The notes under the pieces: model-generated
Seen by the model: the letters and a program-made list of their open reading frames with translations, nothing else
The model's database searches: none
What the model was told of the DNA's origin: nothing
Shown here: positions 36,163 through 45,452 of the stretch, piece by piece
Layout: each line of letters opens with the position of its first letter
How positions within the stretch are numbered: position 1 is the stretch's first letter
Made by a program: the position numbers and the translations under genes
Assembly: GCA_902761035.1 (NCBI GenBank)
Contig: CACWIW010000028.1
Coordinates: 1,558-65,557, forward strand
Origin: an uncultured bacterium
GTDB taxonomy: Bacteria; Verrucomicrobiota; Kiritimatiellia; RFP12; UBA1067
Length of the DNA stretch: 64,000 nucleotides
Reading direction: 5' to 3'

Positions 36163-36955
36163 CTAGAAAGAAATCGTTGCGTTGACGCCGCCCCAGAGAA
36201 TCTGGTGCTTGCCTTCTCCCATGTAACCGCGAGGGCGTCCAAGTGTAGTTGATCTGCGCGCCAACGGAGAACCACTCAGTGATCGCGTAGCTGGCCGAAA
36301 GGCCGATGGTCTGGTCGGTCAGTTCCGTGCCGCCGGACGAGTCCGTATAGGCATGATCGCCGAAACCCAGTGACGCCTTCGGTGTGAGGGTCAGCTTGTC
36401 AATCGGGTTGAAGTCACGGGAAAGCCCGAATGAGAAGTAGACCGCAGAGACGTCCGTCCCCGCCGAATCTGAATAGTTCCAGTAGGCGGATACGGTGGGC
36501 GTTGCGATGTCGTTCTTGTATGAGACGGTCGCGTAGAGTTCCTGGTCGCTGTGCCCGTTGTTGTTCGGGAATGTGTACCAGACGTGACCGGCCTCAAGTC
36601 CCACAGGACCGATTGAGTTGGCGTAGGCAAGCGTGTAGTCAACCTCCTGCAGTCCGCACGACCGGCGGCTGGTGTTGGACGTCCCTCGCTTGTGCGTGAG
36701 ATCGTAACTCTGCCAGACATTTGCCGAGACGGCACCGAGGTCGCCCGCGTCGTAGCCAAGCGTGACGCTTGGCTGCCAGACGGGATTACCGTTGCAGATC
36801 ATGCCGCGCCAGACGTAGTCGCTCAGCACGTCCATGGACGCCTCGATTTTCAGGCCGCCGTTGTCGGTCTTCTCCAGTTCGTTCGTCTCGGACGCGCCGA
36901 CGGAGAACGCGAGCGCGGCAGAAGCAAGAAGAGAGGTTAGGGTTTTGGTTTTCAT
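36163..36955 (-). pseudogene. TorF/Gcw_chp-family outer-membrane porin with a 3'-proximal frameshift (or sequencing error)
   Basis: Signal peptide MKTKTLTSLLASAALAFSVGA and beta-strand pattern. After ...GAQINYTWTPSR the expected ending YMGEGKHQILWGGVNATISF* (terminal Phe) is in another frame. ORF 36029..36955 reads a nonsense tail instead. Confidence 0.65.
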
Positions 36956-36987
36956 TGGAGTTTGGTCAAGGTTGAATGGTTGGGTAA

Positions 36988-37082
36988 TGTTGCCAGTGAG
37001 GAATTGTTGCCAGTTCCAATGTTGCCAATTTCCAATTGGTATTGGTAATTGAAACTGGCAACATTGGCAATATTGGCAACAT
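36988..37082. repeat. Low-complexity hairpin repeat (GTTGCCA/TTGGCAA heptamers)
   Basis: gttgccagttccaatgttgccaatttccaattggtattggtaattgaaactggcaacattggcaatattggcaac, immediately 3' of amt. Confidence 0.7.
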
Positions 37083-37085
37083 TTC

Positions 37086-38381
37086 TCAGGTGTTGCTGAA
37101 GAACTGGAACGAGGCGTAGGCGTCCTGTCCGTGTTCGACGAGGTCGAGGCCCTTCAGCTCGGTCTTCGGCGAGACGCGGAGGATGCCGAACTTCTTCAAG
37201 GTGAAGAAAATCGCCGCGCCCATGCTGAACGCCCAGGCGGCCGTCGCGCCCGCGCCGAGGAGTTGCACGCCCAAGAGCTTGAATCCGCCGCCGTAGAAGA
37301 GCCCCGCAAGCTCGTTGCGGTAGCCGCAGGTTGTCGGCGCGGCGAAGAGTCCGACGGCGATCGTGCCCCACACGCCGTTCACGCAGTGGACCGAGACCGC
37401 GCCGACGGGATCGTCGATGTGGACGCGGTCGAGCGCGAACACGGAGAGGACCACGAACACGCCGGCGACGAGTCCGATGACGATGGCGGCGTTCGCCGTC
37501 ACAAGGTCGCAGGGCGCGGTGATCGCGACAAGTCCCGCGAGCGAGCCGTTGAGCGCCATCGTGAGGTCGGGCTTGCCCATGATGATCCACGCCGTGACGA
37601 GCGCGGCGATCGTGCCAGCGCAGGCGGCGAGGTTCGTGGTCATGGCGACGCGTCCGATGGAGCCGACGCCCGCCGTGTAGCTGCCAGGGTTGAAGCCGAA
37701 CCAGCCGATCCACAGGAGGAACACGCCGAGCGTACCGAGGACGAGGCTGTGTCCGGGAATCGGATTCGCCTTGCCGTCGTGGCGGTACTTGCCAATGCGC
37801 GGTCCGAGCGCGATGGCACCTGCGAGCGCGATCCAGCCACCGACGGAGTGGACGACCGTGGAGCCGGCGAAGTCGTGGAAGCCGAGCTTCTCCAGCCAGC
37901 CCTGCGACGCTTCGCCCGCGAGACCGCCCCACATCCAGTGTCCGCTCACGGGATAGACGATCGCCGAGATGATAACCGAATAGATGAGGTAGCTCTTGAA
38001 CTCGATGCGCTCCGCGACCGCGCCGGAGACGATCGTCGCGGCCGTCGCGGCGAACATGGTCTGGAAGAAGAGGAACGTCCAGTCCCATACGCCTTCGCCG
38101 TTGGCGAGGGTCGGCATGCCAAGTCCGCCCCAGCCGAACCAGCCCGCCGCCTTCGTGGCGCCGAACATGAGCGCGGCGCCGAGGATGTAGAATGCGAGCG
38201 AGCCGGCGGCGAAGTCCATGAGGTTCTTCATCATGATGTTCGCCGCGTTCTTGGCGCGGGTGAAGCCCGTCTCGACGAGCGCGAAGCCCGCCTGCATCAT
38301 GAAGACGAGGATGGCTGCGATGAGCGTCCAGACGACGTTGAGGTTGGTTTGCACTGCTGGTGCTGTGATTTCAGGTGTCAT
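37086..38381 (-). CDS. amt: Ammonium transporter (Amt/MEP family)
   Basis: 431 aa with ~11 TM segments. Amt signatures (FAGSTVVHSVGGW, GFNPGS). Confidence 0.9.
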   Translation of the reverse strand: MTPEITAPAVQTNLNVVWTLIAAILVFMMQAGFALVETGFTRAKNAANIMMKNLMDFAAGSLAFYILGAALMFGATKAAGWFGWGGLGMPTLANGEGVWDWTFLFFQTMFAATAATIVSGAVAERIEFKSYLIYSVIISAIVYPVSGHWMWGGLAGEASQGWLEKLGFHDFAGSTVVHSVGGWIALAGAIALGPRIGKYRHDGKANPIPGHSLVLGTLGVFLLWIGWFGFNPGSYTAGVGSIGRVAMTTNLAACAGTIAALVTAWIIMGKPDLTMALNGSLAGLVAITAPCDLVTANAAIVIGLVAGVFVVLSVFALDRVHIDDPVGAVSVHCVNGVWGTIAVGLFAAPTTCGYRNELAGLFYGGGFKLLGVQLLGAGATAAWAFSMGAAIFFTLKKFGILRVSPKTELKGLDLVEHGQDAYASFQFFSNT

Positions 38382-38396
38382 TTTGAGGTTCCTTTC

Positions 38397-38735
38397 TCAT
38401 CCAATCGCGCTCGGGCCACGTTCGCCAGTGCGGATGCGCACGCACTCCTCCATCGGCAGCACGAAGATTTTTCCGTCGCCGATGTCGCCCGTGCGCGCGC
38501 CTTCTATTATCGCCTCGATCGTCTTTTCGATGTAGTCGTCGTTGACGCCTATGGCAAGGCGCATCTTCTTATGGAGCGTCACTTCCTCCACCGCGCCGCG
38601 ATAGAGATGGAGGTATCCTCCCTGCTTTCCGCACCCGAGCGCGTTGGTGACGGACATCTTGTAGATTTCGCGGGCGAACAACGCCTGCTTGACGGCATTC
38701 AACCTTTCCGGTTGGATGTAGGCTATGATCAGTTT
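38397..38735 (-). CDS. glnK: Nitrogen regulatory protein P-II
   Basis: [20 protein letters not shown]...LYRGA...[26 protein letters not shown]. Immediately upstream of amt. Confidence 0.9.
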   Translation of the reverse strand, partial: KLIIAYIQPERLNAVKQALFAREIYKMSVTNALGCGKQGGYLHLYRGAVEEVTLHKKMRLAIGVNDDYIEKTIEAIIEGARTGDIGDGKIFVLPMEECVRIRTGERGPSAIG

Positions 38736-38783
38736 CATTTTTCTTTCCTTGTTGCCGCGTCCATCGCGGCGACGCAGGAAGGA

Positions 38784-38801
38784 TAGCACAAGGCGTGCCA
38801 A
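38784..38801 (-). promoter_or_regulatory. Sigma-54 promoter TTGGCACGCCTTGTGCTA upstream of glnK-amt
   Basis: Read on the minus strand. GG/GC spacing is correct, ~50 nt upstream of the glnK ATG. Confidence 0.55.
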
Positions 38802-38897
38802 TGAAACAAACCATGCTTTGTCGCGTCAGACCTTACAAATGCTGAAACGTCGGCAGGGTTCTGGTGCTTGAATATGTAAAAAGCAACGTCAACGCGT

Positions 38898-39836
38898 TCA
38901 TTTCCGACCGACGGAAAAGCCTGCGCGGACGGCAAGAGAACGATCGTCGTCGAAATCCGCGCCGGGGGTCGTGAGGAGCGGACCCGCGATGCCGGCCGAC
39001 ATCCCCACGTAGATGCACTTCGCCGCCGTCTCGTCGCTCATGTCACGTCGCCCGCCAGCGAAACGAAGTGGAGTCGATGGATTGACAAGCCGCAGAACCG
39101 CCACTGAATCGACTACGCGCTCCGGATCAAGGATGCCACGATCGCCAAGGGGAGTCCCCTCAATCGGATGCAGCACGTTGACGGGGATCGAATCCGGCGC
39201 GATTTCCTTCAGCGCGAATGCGAATTCAACCAGTTGTTCGTCAGTCTCGCCCATGCCGATGATGCCCCCGCAGCAGATTTGGAAACCAAGTCGTTTCGCC
39301 GCATGGATCGTAGTCAGCTTATCCGCAGTCGTGTGCGTGGAACAAAGCGAGGGAAAGAGCGACGGCGCCGTTTCAAGGTTGCAGTGGACGCGCTGGAGCC
39401 CTGCGGCCTTGAGCTTCGCGAGGTCATCTTCCGAAAGGAGTCCCAACGAGGCGCAGAGACAGATTTTGGGCACGGCTGTGCGCATCGCGCGCAGGGCCGC
39501 GCATACATTCTCCACATCCTCGTGTGAAAGGCAGCGCCCGGAAGTGACGATGCCGATGCGGTCGGCACCGTTCGCCGCCGCCTCCTGCGCCGCCTTCACG
39601 CACGCCTCCGTGCCCACCCATCCGTAGGTTTCACAATCCGTCTTCCAGTGCGCCGACTGCGCGCACCATTTGCAATTTTCGCTGCAACGCCCCGAACGGG
39701 CGTTGATGATCGAGCAGAAGTCGAAGCGCTTCTCAACGCAACGCTCAGTTACCTCGTGCGCGCGCGCACGCAATTCCTCACGCCGTTCTGGTTTCAGGAG
39801 TGCGAGCGCTTCTTCTCTGCTAATTCCTTCTATCAT
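38898..39836 (-). CDS. bioB: Biotin synthase-type radical SAM enzyme
   Basis: SGRCSENCKWCAQS (CX3CX2C), VHCNLETA, CCGGIIGMGET. 312 aa. Confidence 0.75.
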   Translation of the reverse strand: MIEGISREEALALLKPERREELRARAHEVTERCVEKRFDFCSIINARSGRCSENCKWCAQSAHWKTDCETYGWVGTEACVKAAQEAAANGADRIGIVTSGRCLSHEDVENVCAALRAMRTAVPKICLCASLGLLSEDDLAKLKAAGLQRVHCNLETAPSLFPSLCSTHTTADKLTTIHAAKRLGFQICCGGIIGMGETDEQLVEFAFALKEIAPDSIPVNVLHPIEGTPLGDRGILDPERVVDSVAVLRLVNPSTPLRFAGGRRDMSDETAAKCIYVGMSAGIAGPLLTTPGADFDDDRSLAVRAGFSVGRK

Positions 39837-40744
39837 TTACCGGCCTTCTTTTCTTTAGAAGCAAGACTCTTATTCGTGCTTGCATTTGGGCTATTCCTTT
39901 CAAGCGTCTCATTCAGGCTTCCCGTGCGGTAGCCTTGGAGATCGAGCGCGGTGTAGGAAAAACCGAATCCCTTGAACGCCGCTGAGATTTCTGCCGCGCG
40001 CGCGGCGAGGAGCGGAATATCGCCCGGCGGCACTTCGATACGCGCGAGATCTCCATGAGAGCGCACGCGCAGCTGCGAGAGCCCAAGCCCCGCATCGCGC
40101 AGCCACCGCTCGGCGCGTTCCACGCGCTCGAGCCCCGCTGCCGTGATGCGCTCGCCGTAGGGAAAACGCGAGGCGAGGCAGGCGTACGACGGCTTCTCCG
40201 CCGTAGGAAGGCCCATTTCACGCGACAGCGCGCGAATCTCCGCCTTCGTGAGACCGGCGTCGTGAAGCGGACTCTTCACGCCGAGTTCCTTGATCGCGCG
40301 CATGCCCGGACGGTAGTCGCCGTCGTCGTCCATGTTCGACCCCTCTAGCACCGCCGCAAAACCATTTGCCTGCGCAAACGCCATGATCTCTCCAAATATC
40401 GACTTCTTGCACAGGTAGCACCGATCCGGCGGATTCTCCGCGAATCCAGGAACATCCAGTTCGCTCGTGTCGATTATCTCATGGCGGATTCCCTCCGCGC
40501 GGCAGAACGCCACCGCCTCGTCGAGCTCGCGACGAGGAAATGTACTGGAACGAACCGTCACGGCTACGACGCGGTCGCCTAGTTCCTCATGCGCCACGCG
40601 CAGAAGAAACGTGGAGTCAACGCCTGCCGAGAACGCGACGGCCGCGCTCCCGATCTCGCGTAACGTCGAACGGAGGCGTGTCATTTTCTCGCTCGGACAG
40701 GGAACTGCCGTTAGGGAACTCTCTGTGGTCTTCATGTCGGGCAT
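39833..40744 (-). CDS. LarE-like PP-loop ATP pyrophosphatase (ATP-dependent sulfur transferase family)
   Basis: AFSAGVDSTFLL PP-loop, CYLCKK, ACLASRFPYG. 4-nt overlap with bioB. Confidence 0.7.
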   Translation of the reverse strand: MPDMKTTESSLTAVPCPSEKMTRLRSTLREIGSAAVAFSAGVDSTFLLRVAHEELGDRVVAVTVRSSTFPRRELDEAVAFCRAEGIRHEIIDTSELDVPGFAENPPDRCYLCKKSIFGEIMAFAQANGFAAVLEGSNMDDDGDYRPGMRAIKELGVKSPLHDAGLTKAEIRALSREMGLPTAEKPSYACLASRFPYGERITAAGLERVERAERWLRDAGLGLSQLRVRSHGDLARIEVPPGDIPLLAARAAEISAAFKGFGFSYTALDLQGYRTGSLNETLERNSPNASTNKSLASKEKKAGK

Positions 40745-40772
40745 TATTTTACCATATCTTGCTGTAGAGGTG

Positions 40773-41549
40773 CTATAGCCGCGCGAAGTTCATGTACACG
40801 AGGCGGTAGTCTTCTGGGTTGTAGATGTATTCGTGCCCGTGTGGCGGCGACGTGCGGACAATCTCGCCGTCCTTTGCGGAGACGAGGCTCGTAAATGGCA
40901 CGGGAGCCCACGTGCCGATGGTGAGCGGATGCGTTGAGAACGTCACGGTGTCCGCGTCGCGCCAGACATGCAGCGTGTCCCTGAAGTTGCAGTGCGCGTA
41001 CAGCACCTCGCCGTCGAAGATAAGCAGGTTGAGTTTGTTTCCCTGCGCCAGTTCGGTGATTGCGGCAGAGAGCACGTTGAAACGCTCCGTCTCGTCCAAG
41101 GCATGGCGGCGGTGGTTTTGCGCCACGTTGATCTGGTCGACAAGATGGAGTAGTACGCGTTCGGAATCCGTGTCGCCGTATTGGATGCCCATGTAGTCGT
41201 TCAGGTGTGCGCCGTTGAATATCGTTCCGTTGTGCGCCAGTGTCCAGGTGCGGCCGCTGTTGTCCGCAGCCGTGAACGGGTGGCAGTTCTTGTATTCGAT
41301 ATGGCCGACGGTAGCCAATCGGATGTGGGCGATGAGCGTTCGTTCCTCCACCGGATCGGCGAGCAGTCGCTCGAGACTCGTGCTGCAGGTGGCGCAGACA
41401 GGCTCCTTCTCAATCGACGGCGCGCCGCCGTCGAGGAAGCGTGCGAGGCCCCACCCGTGCGGATGCGCCTCCGCATGGGAGTAGAACTCGCGCAACAGGT
41501 CGTTTCGCCGTCGCCTCTTCCGCGATGAAAATCCGAGCAACTCACACAT
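40773..41549 (-). CDS. Class II (Ntn) glutamine amidotransferase, YafJ/EgtC-like
   Basis: Begins MCELLG (Cys2 nucleophile). HGWGLA, NCHPF, LAHNG. The upstream part of ORF 40773..41840 is a spurious extension. Confidence 0.75.
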   Translation of the reverse strand: MCELLGFSSRKRRRRNDLLREFYSHAEAHPHGWGLARFLDGGAPSIEKEPVCATCSTSLERLLADPVEERTLIAHIRLATVGHIEYKNCHPFTAADNSGRTWTLAHNGTIFNGAHLNDYMGIQYGDTDSERVLLHLVDQINVAQNHRRHALDETERFNVLSAAITELAQGNKLNLLIFDGEVLYAHCNFRDTLHVWRDADTVTFSTHPLTIGTWAPVPFTSLVSAKDGEIVRTSPPHGHEYIYNPEDYRLVYMNFARL

Positions 41550-42645
41550 GGCACGCCTCCATGCGGGCATAGCGCCTTTCGGGTGAATAGACCTTCTCCG
41601 CCTGATACGCGAGGATGCGCTGAAATGCCGCAGGCCACCCCGCGGAGGCGGCGAAGAACTCGTCCATCCGCTCCAGCAACTCTCCGACCGGCGTCCAGTC
41701 GAAGTCGATCCGGGCGGCGGCCTTGAACGCCGCGACGCTTTCGGCTTGCTTCTCGGCGGACAGCGTCTCGCGCTCCTGCGCGGCGCACCAGAGCATGAAC
41801 AGGTGGATGAACTCCACGTCACGTACATCAACCAATCCATCGGTTAGCGGGTTCAGGTCCACGCACCGTATCTCGATGTGGTCGATGCCGTTTTCTGCGA
41901 GCGTCAGGAGATTGTTCGGGCCGCGTGGCTTGAGGCGCACGGGGTAGTAGAGTTCGCTCGGCGCGATGAGTAGCCTGTCTTGGACATATCGCGCAATGCT
42001 TTTTGCGTATGCCCGCACGCTTGAAAAGTCCAGCACGGGCACGAAACTGTTCCAGTAGCCACGTTCCGAACACCGCACGCTCGCATATTGTCCTGCCGGG
42101 CTGGCGGCGGTCAACGCGACGATCGCCCATCCCCACTTGACGCACTGCGCGGCCACATGGAGATAAAGCGCGTCGCGGTCCACTCCCGCCGCCGCGACCA
42201 GCCTTTCGCCGAACGAGAAGTTGAAGTGGATGCCGCAATACGCCATCAGCCGCTTGCCGTATTTCGCGGCAAGGTAGTCGCGGTAGGTCGATTTCCCGGC
42301 GAGCGCGCCTTCGAAACGGGCGGGGACGACCTCGGACTCGTCCGCGATCGGCGGCGGGTTGGAGTTCGTCCACAACCGCTCCCCCTGCGGCGCGATGGCC
42401 GCGCGGATCGTCGCGTCGATTTCTTTCAGTTCCGCAACTGCCGCTTCCGCCGTTGTATGGACACCGGTGTTGATCTCCGTCTGGTTCTCGCAGAAATCGC
42501 GGACGATGCGCGGGTGGTCGGGCGGAAACGGATGTGGCGTCTGCGCCATCCGTCCCTCGGCGGTCACGCGCAGGGACTCGCGCTCGAGCCCGAAGTTTCC
42601 TTCGAGCGCGTACGGGCGCAGTCTGGGCTTGCGAACGTCAAGCAT
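41542..42645 (-). CDS. GshA-like glutamate-cysteine ligase family protein
   Basis: FGLERESLRVTAEGRMAQTPHPF...VRDFCENQTEINTG resembles the gamma-GCS N-terminal signature. Overlaps both neighbours. Confidence 0.6.
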   Translation of the reverse strand: MLDVRKPRLRPYALEGNFGLERESLRVTAEGRMAQTPHPFPPDHPRIVRDFCENQTEINTGVHTTAEAAVAELKEIDATIRAAIAPQGERLWTNSNPPPIADESEVVPARFEGALAGKSTYRDYLAAKYGKRLMAYCGIHFNFSFGERLVAAAGVDRDALYLHVAAQCVKWGWAIVALTAASPAGQYASVRCSERGYWNSFVPVLDFSSVRAYAKSIARYVQDRLLIAPSELYYPVRLKPRGPNNLLTLAENGIDHIEIRCVDLNPLTDGLVDVRDVEFIHLFMLWCAAQERETLSAEKQAESVAAFKAAARIDFDWTPVGELLERMDEFFAASAGWPAAFQRILAYQAEKVYSPERRYARMEACHV

Positions 42646-43513
42646 GGCGTTCCTCCTCTGCCGAACCGTAGTCGAGGGCGATGGATTCAATGGATTCGCC
42701 GCGTTCGACGCAGTAGATACTGGTCGATTCCAGATAACCCATGACGTCCGCCAGCGACCGGACCGTGACGCCGTACATGCCGCAGTTGTGCGGGTTCAGC
42801 CCATGGAGGCTCTTGCTCCAGAGACTGTCGCGTCCGCACAGCGTTTCATTTTGCTTGCCGAAGGGCGAATTGGCGAAGAGGACGGCCTTGAAAGGTTCCA
42901 GGAGGTTGAAGGCGTTGATCAGGGGAACGACCGTTTCCTCGTCCGCGTCCACCTGCGTCTGCGAGGCGCAGGAGAAGAGACCGAATTCGGGATGGTCGTG
43001 GAATCGCGGCGAGCCGCCGTACTTGGAGTAGGACTTCAGGTGGTGGAGCAGCATCCGGTAACGTCCGTTTCCGATGGGGTCGGGACGGTTCTCCCGCCAC
43101 CGGGGGTTGATCCCCGTGCCGGTGAGGGCGTGTCCCTGCCGCCCCAGCGCCTCCTGCAACGCGGCGTAATAAGCGGTGAAGCGGCGATGCGTCTCAATCA
43201 GGTTCTCATCGGGGCCGAAGGAGATTTCCAACGTGTTGTAGGAGCAGTCGAAAGAAAGTTCGTCGCCCGTGTTGGGGTCGGTCGCGCGGTAGATGTTGCC
43301 CGTGTCGTCGCGCACCTGGTCGGAGAAGGGAAAGCGGGAGAGGAAGTCGTCCGTCGCCGCATGCACGGCGGCGAAGTCCGTTGGCGTACCCGGCGTGCGG
43401 TTCCAAATGGGAAACTCAAGTTCAACGCCCACGCGCCGCGTGCGCGGGCGGCGCAACGGTGCGAAAAAGCGCGTTTCGAGCGCGTCCTGAAGTGTCGTAA
43501 TCTGGTTTCGCAT
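42638..43513 (-). CDS. Carboxylate-amine ligase (GCS2/YbdK-like) family protein
   Basis: RVGVELEFPIW..., LEISFGP, NPRW. Confidence 0.55.
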   Translation of the reverse strand: MRNQITTLQDALETRFFAPLRRPRTRRVGVELEFPIWNRTPGTPTDFAAVHAATDDFLSRFPFSDQVRDDTGNIYRATDPNTGDELSFDCSYNTLEISFGPDENLIETHRRFTAYYAALQEALGRQGHALTGTGINPRWRENRPDPIGNGRYRMLLHHLKSYSKYGGSPRFHDHPEFGLFSCASQTQVDADEETVVPLINAFNLLEPFKAVLFANSPFGKQNETLCGRDSLWSKSLHGLNPHNCGMYGVTVRSLADVMGYLESTSIYCVERGESIESIALDYGSAEEERHA

Positions 43514-43542
43514 TGAATGGATTCGTTGGAGTAAGGAGATTG

Positions 43543-44085
43543 TCAGTTGAGTTCGGGGTGCCAGGTGAAGGCGGTGATGTTGCGCCAGCGGACTGCCGTG
43601 GGGGCACCGTCAAAGGTTGAAAGCACTTCGACCTCTGGCGCGACTTCGGTGATGGCCGGTGCGCGGATGAACGTCATCGGGACGTTCGGTTTCCCGTCGA
43701 ACGTGCCGACCGTCCTGAAGCTGCCGAGTTGGCGTCCGTAGGCGTTGCGCCGCACGGTGACGGGCAGGACGCCGAACCACTGTTCGGGCCGCGTGTCGGT
43801 AAGGCTGCCGGGATCGTCGATCTTCTCCGCGAGGAGGATCAACCCTGCGCAGACGGCAAATACGGGAAGCCCGCCGTCAATGCGCTCCTTCAGCGGCATG
43901 AACATTCCGAGGTCCTTCAGTAGCTTGCCCTGTACGGTCGATTCGCCGCCGGGAAGCGCCAACAGATCCATGCCGCGTTCCAAATCCGCGAGTTGCCGGA
44001 TCTCGAACGTCTCCGCACCCTGCGCGCGCCAGTACGCAGCCATCTCAGCAAACGCACCTTGAACAGATAACACTCCAATTCTCAT
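43543..44085 (-). CDS. pdxT: Pyridoxal 5'-phosphate synthase glutaminase subunit
   Basis: MRIGVLSVQGAF...LALPGGESTV...VFAVCAGLILLA. Confidence 0.9.
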   Translation of the reverse strand: MRIGVLSVQGAFAEMAAYWRAQGAETFEIRQLADLERGMDLLALPGGESTVQGKLLKDLGMFMPLKERIDGGLPVFAVCAGLILLAEKIDDPGSLTDTRPEQWFGVLPVTVRRNAYGRQLGSFRTVGTFDGKPNVPMTFIRAPAITEVAPEVEVLSTFDGAPTAVRWRNITAFTWHPELN

Positions 44086-44129
44086 TTTGTCGCCTTGTCC
44101 ATAACTTTAATCCACCCGCCTCTTTTTGA

Positions 44130-44203
44130 TTGTCCATGTAGAACATGCATAACATCTAAATCATCTGTATGTTTTGCATGTTCTACCTGTTCTACATGGA
44201 CAA
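44130..44203. repeat. Low-complexity hairpin repeat, family B (CATGTAGAACATG type)
   Basis: Arms 44130-44149 and 44175-44203 are complementary. Lies between pdxT and pdxS. The same motif occurs inside purF. Confidence 0.7.
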
Positions 44204-44304
44204 ATCCTCCTCAGAGGATTATTAATTAGGTCTTTTCGGATATGGAATGACTTGCCATTTGTGATTTATGAACAATTGTGGCAATTACGATTTGTGAACA
44301 ATTC

Positions 44305-45225
44305 TCACTTCCCCCGCTCTTCCATGATGGTCTCGATCTCCTCTGCGTTGATGCCGACCATGGCGGGGCCGAGGTTCTCGGAGAGCTTCGCAAGCAGTTT
44401 CGCATCCTGCCAGTTGGTGACGGCCTGCACGATGGCCGCCGCGCGTTTCGCGGGATCGCCGCTTTTGAAGATGCCGCTTCCCACGAATACGCCTTCCGCG
44501 CCAAGTTCCATCATAAGCGCGGCATCGGCGGGTGTGGCGACGCCTCCCGCCGCGAAGTTCACGACGGGCAGCTTGCCGTTGTCGTGGACGTACTTCACGA
44601 GATCGAGCGGCGCGGCGAGTTCCTTCGCCGCCTCGTAGAGCTCGTCCTCGCGGAGCGACACGACACGGTGAATCTCGCTCTGCATCTTGCGCATGTGTCG
44701 GACGGCCTGCACCACGTCGCCCGTGCCGGGTTCGCCTTTCGTGCGGATCATCGTCGCGCCCTCGCCGATACGACGCAGCGCCTCGCCGAGATCGCGCGCG
44801 CCGCACACGAACGGTACGGAGAATTTCGTCTTGTCGATGTGCCGCGTGTCGTCGGCCGGCGAGAGGACTTCCGACTCGTCGATGTAGTCGATCTCGATGG
44901 CCTCGAGGATGCGCGCCTCGGCGATGTGTCCGATGCGGCATTTTGCCATGACGGGAATCGAGACGGCGGCCTGTATGCCCTTGATCATCGCGGGGTCGCT
45001 CATGCGCGAGACGCCGCCGGCCGCGCGGATGTCGGCGGGGATGCGCTCAAGCGCCATCACGGCGCACGCGCCGGCGGCCTCGGCGATCTTCGCCTGTTCG
45101 GGCGTCGTCACGTCCATGATCACGCCGCCCTTGAGCATCTGCGCAAGGTTGCGGTTCAATTCCTGTCTGTCGGGTTGTTCTTCGTTCATTGCCGAAATCT
45201 CCTCATTGGTGTCGGTGGCGAACAT
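44305..45225 (-). CDS. pdxS: Pyridoxal 5'-phosphate synthase lyase subunit
   Basis: LKGGVIMDV...[17 protein letters not shown]...TKGEPGTG. Alternative start at 45189. Confidence 0.9.
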   Translation of the reverse strand: MFATDTNEEISAMNEEQPDRQELNRNLAQMLKGGVIMDVTTPEQAKIAEAAGACAVMALERIPADIRAAGGVSRMSDPAMIKGIQAAVSIPVMAKCRIGHIAEARILEAIEIDYIDESEVLSPADDTRHIDKTKFSVPFVCGARDLGEALRRIGEGATMIRTKGEPGTGDVVQAVRHMRKMQSEIHRVVSLREDELYEAAKELAAPLDLVKYVHDNGKLPVVNFAAGGVATPADAALMMELGAEGVFVGSGIFKSGDPAKRAAAIVQAVTNWQDAKLLAKLSENLGPAMVGINAEEIETIMEERGK

Positions 45226-45356
45226 TATAAGGTATATGCTGTGGCAAAGGGTAATTGGAAATTCCCCTTATTATCTGATAGGCAAAACCTATATCGCCCA
45301 CCACCTCAACCTTATGAGTTAACCTAAAAACCGCAGTTAAACAACCTCTTCTTATT

Positions 45357-45389
45357 TTAGCCGCAAAGAACGCAAAGAACACAAAGAGG
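45357..45389. repeat. Family A repeat arm (TTAGCCGCAAAGAACGCAAAGAACACAAAGAGG)
   Basis: Pairs with 47091-47120 across the IS element. Confidence 0.7.
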
Positions 45390-45452
45390 GGATGTGTTTC
45401 TTGATTATACATGTCGCTCTTTCTGCACGACAATTTACCCAATAGGTGAAAC

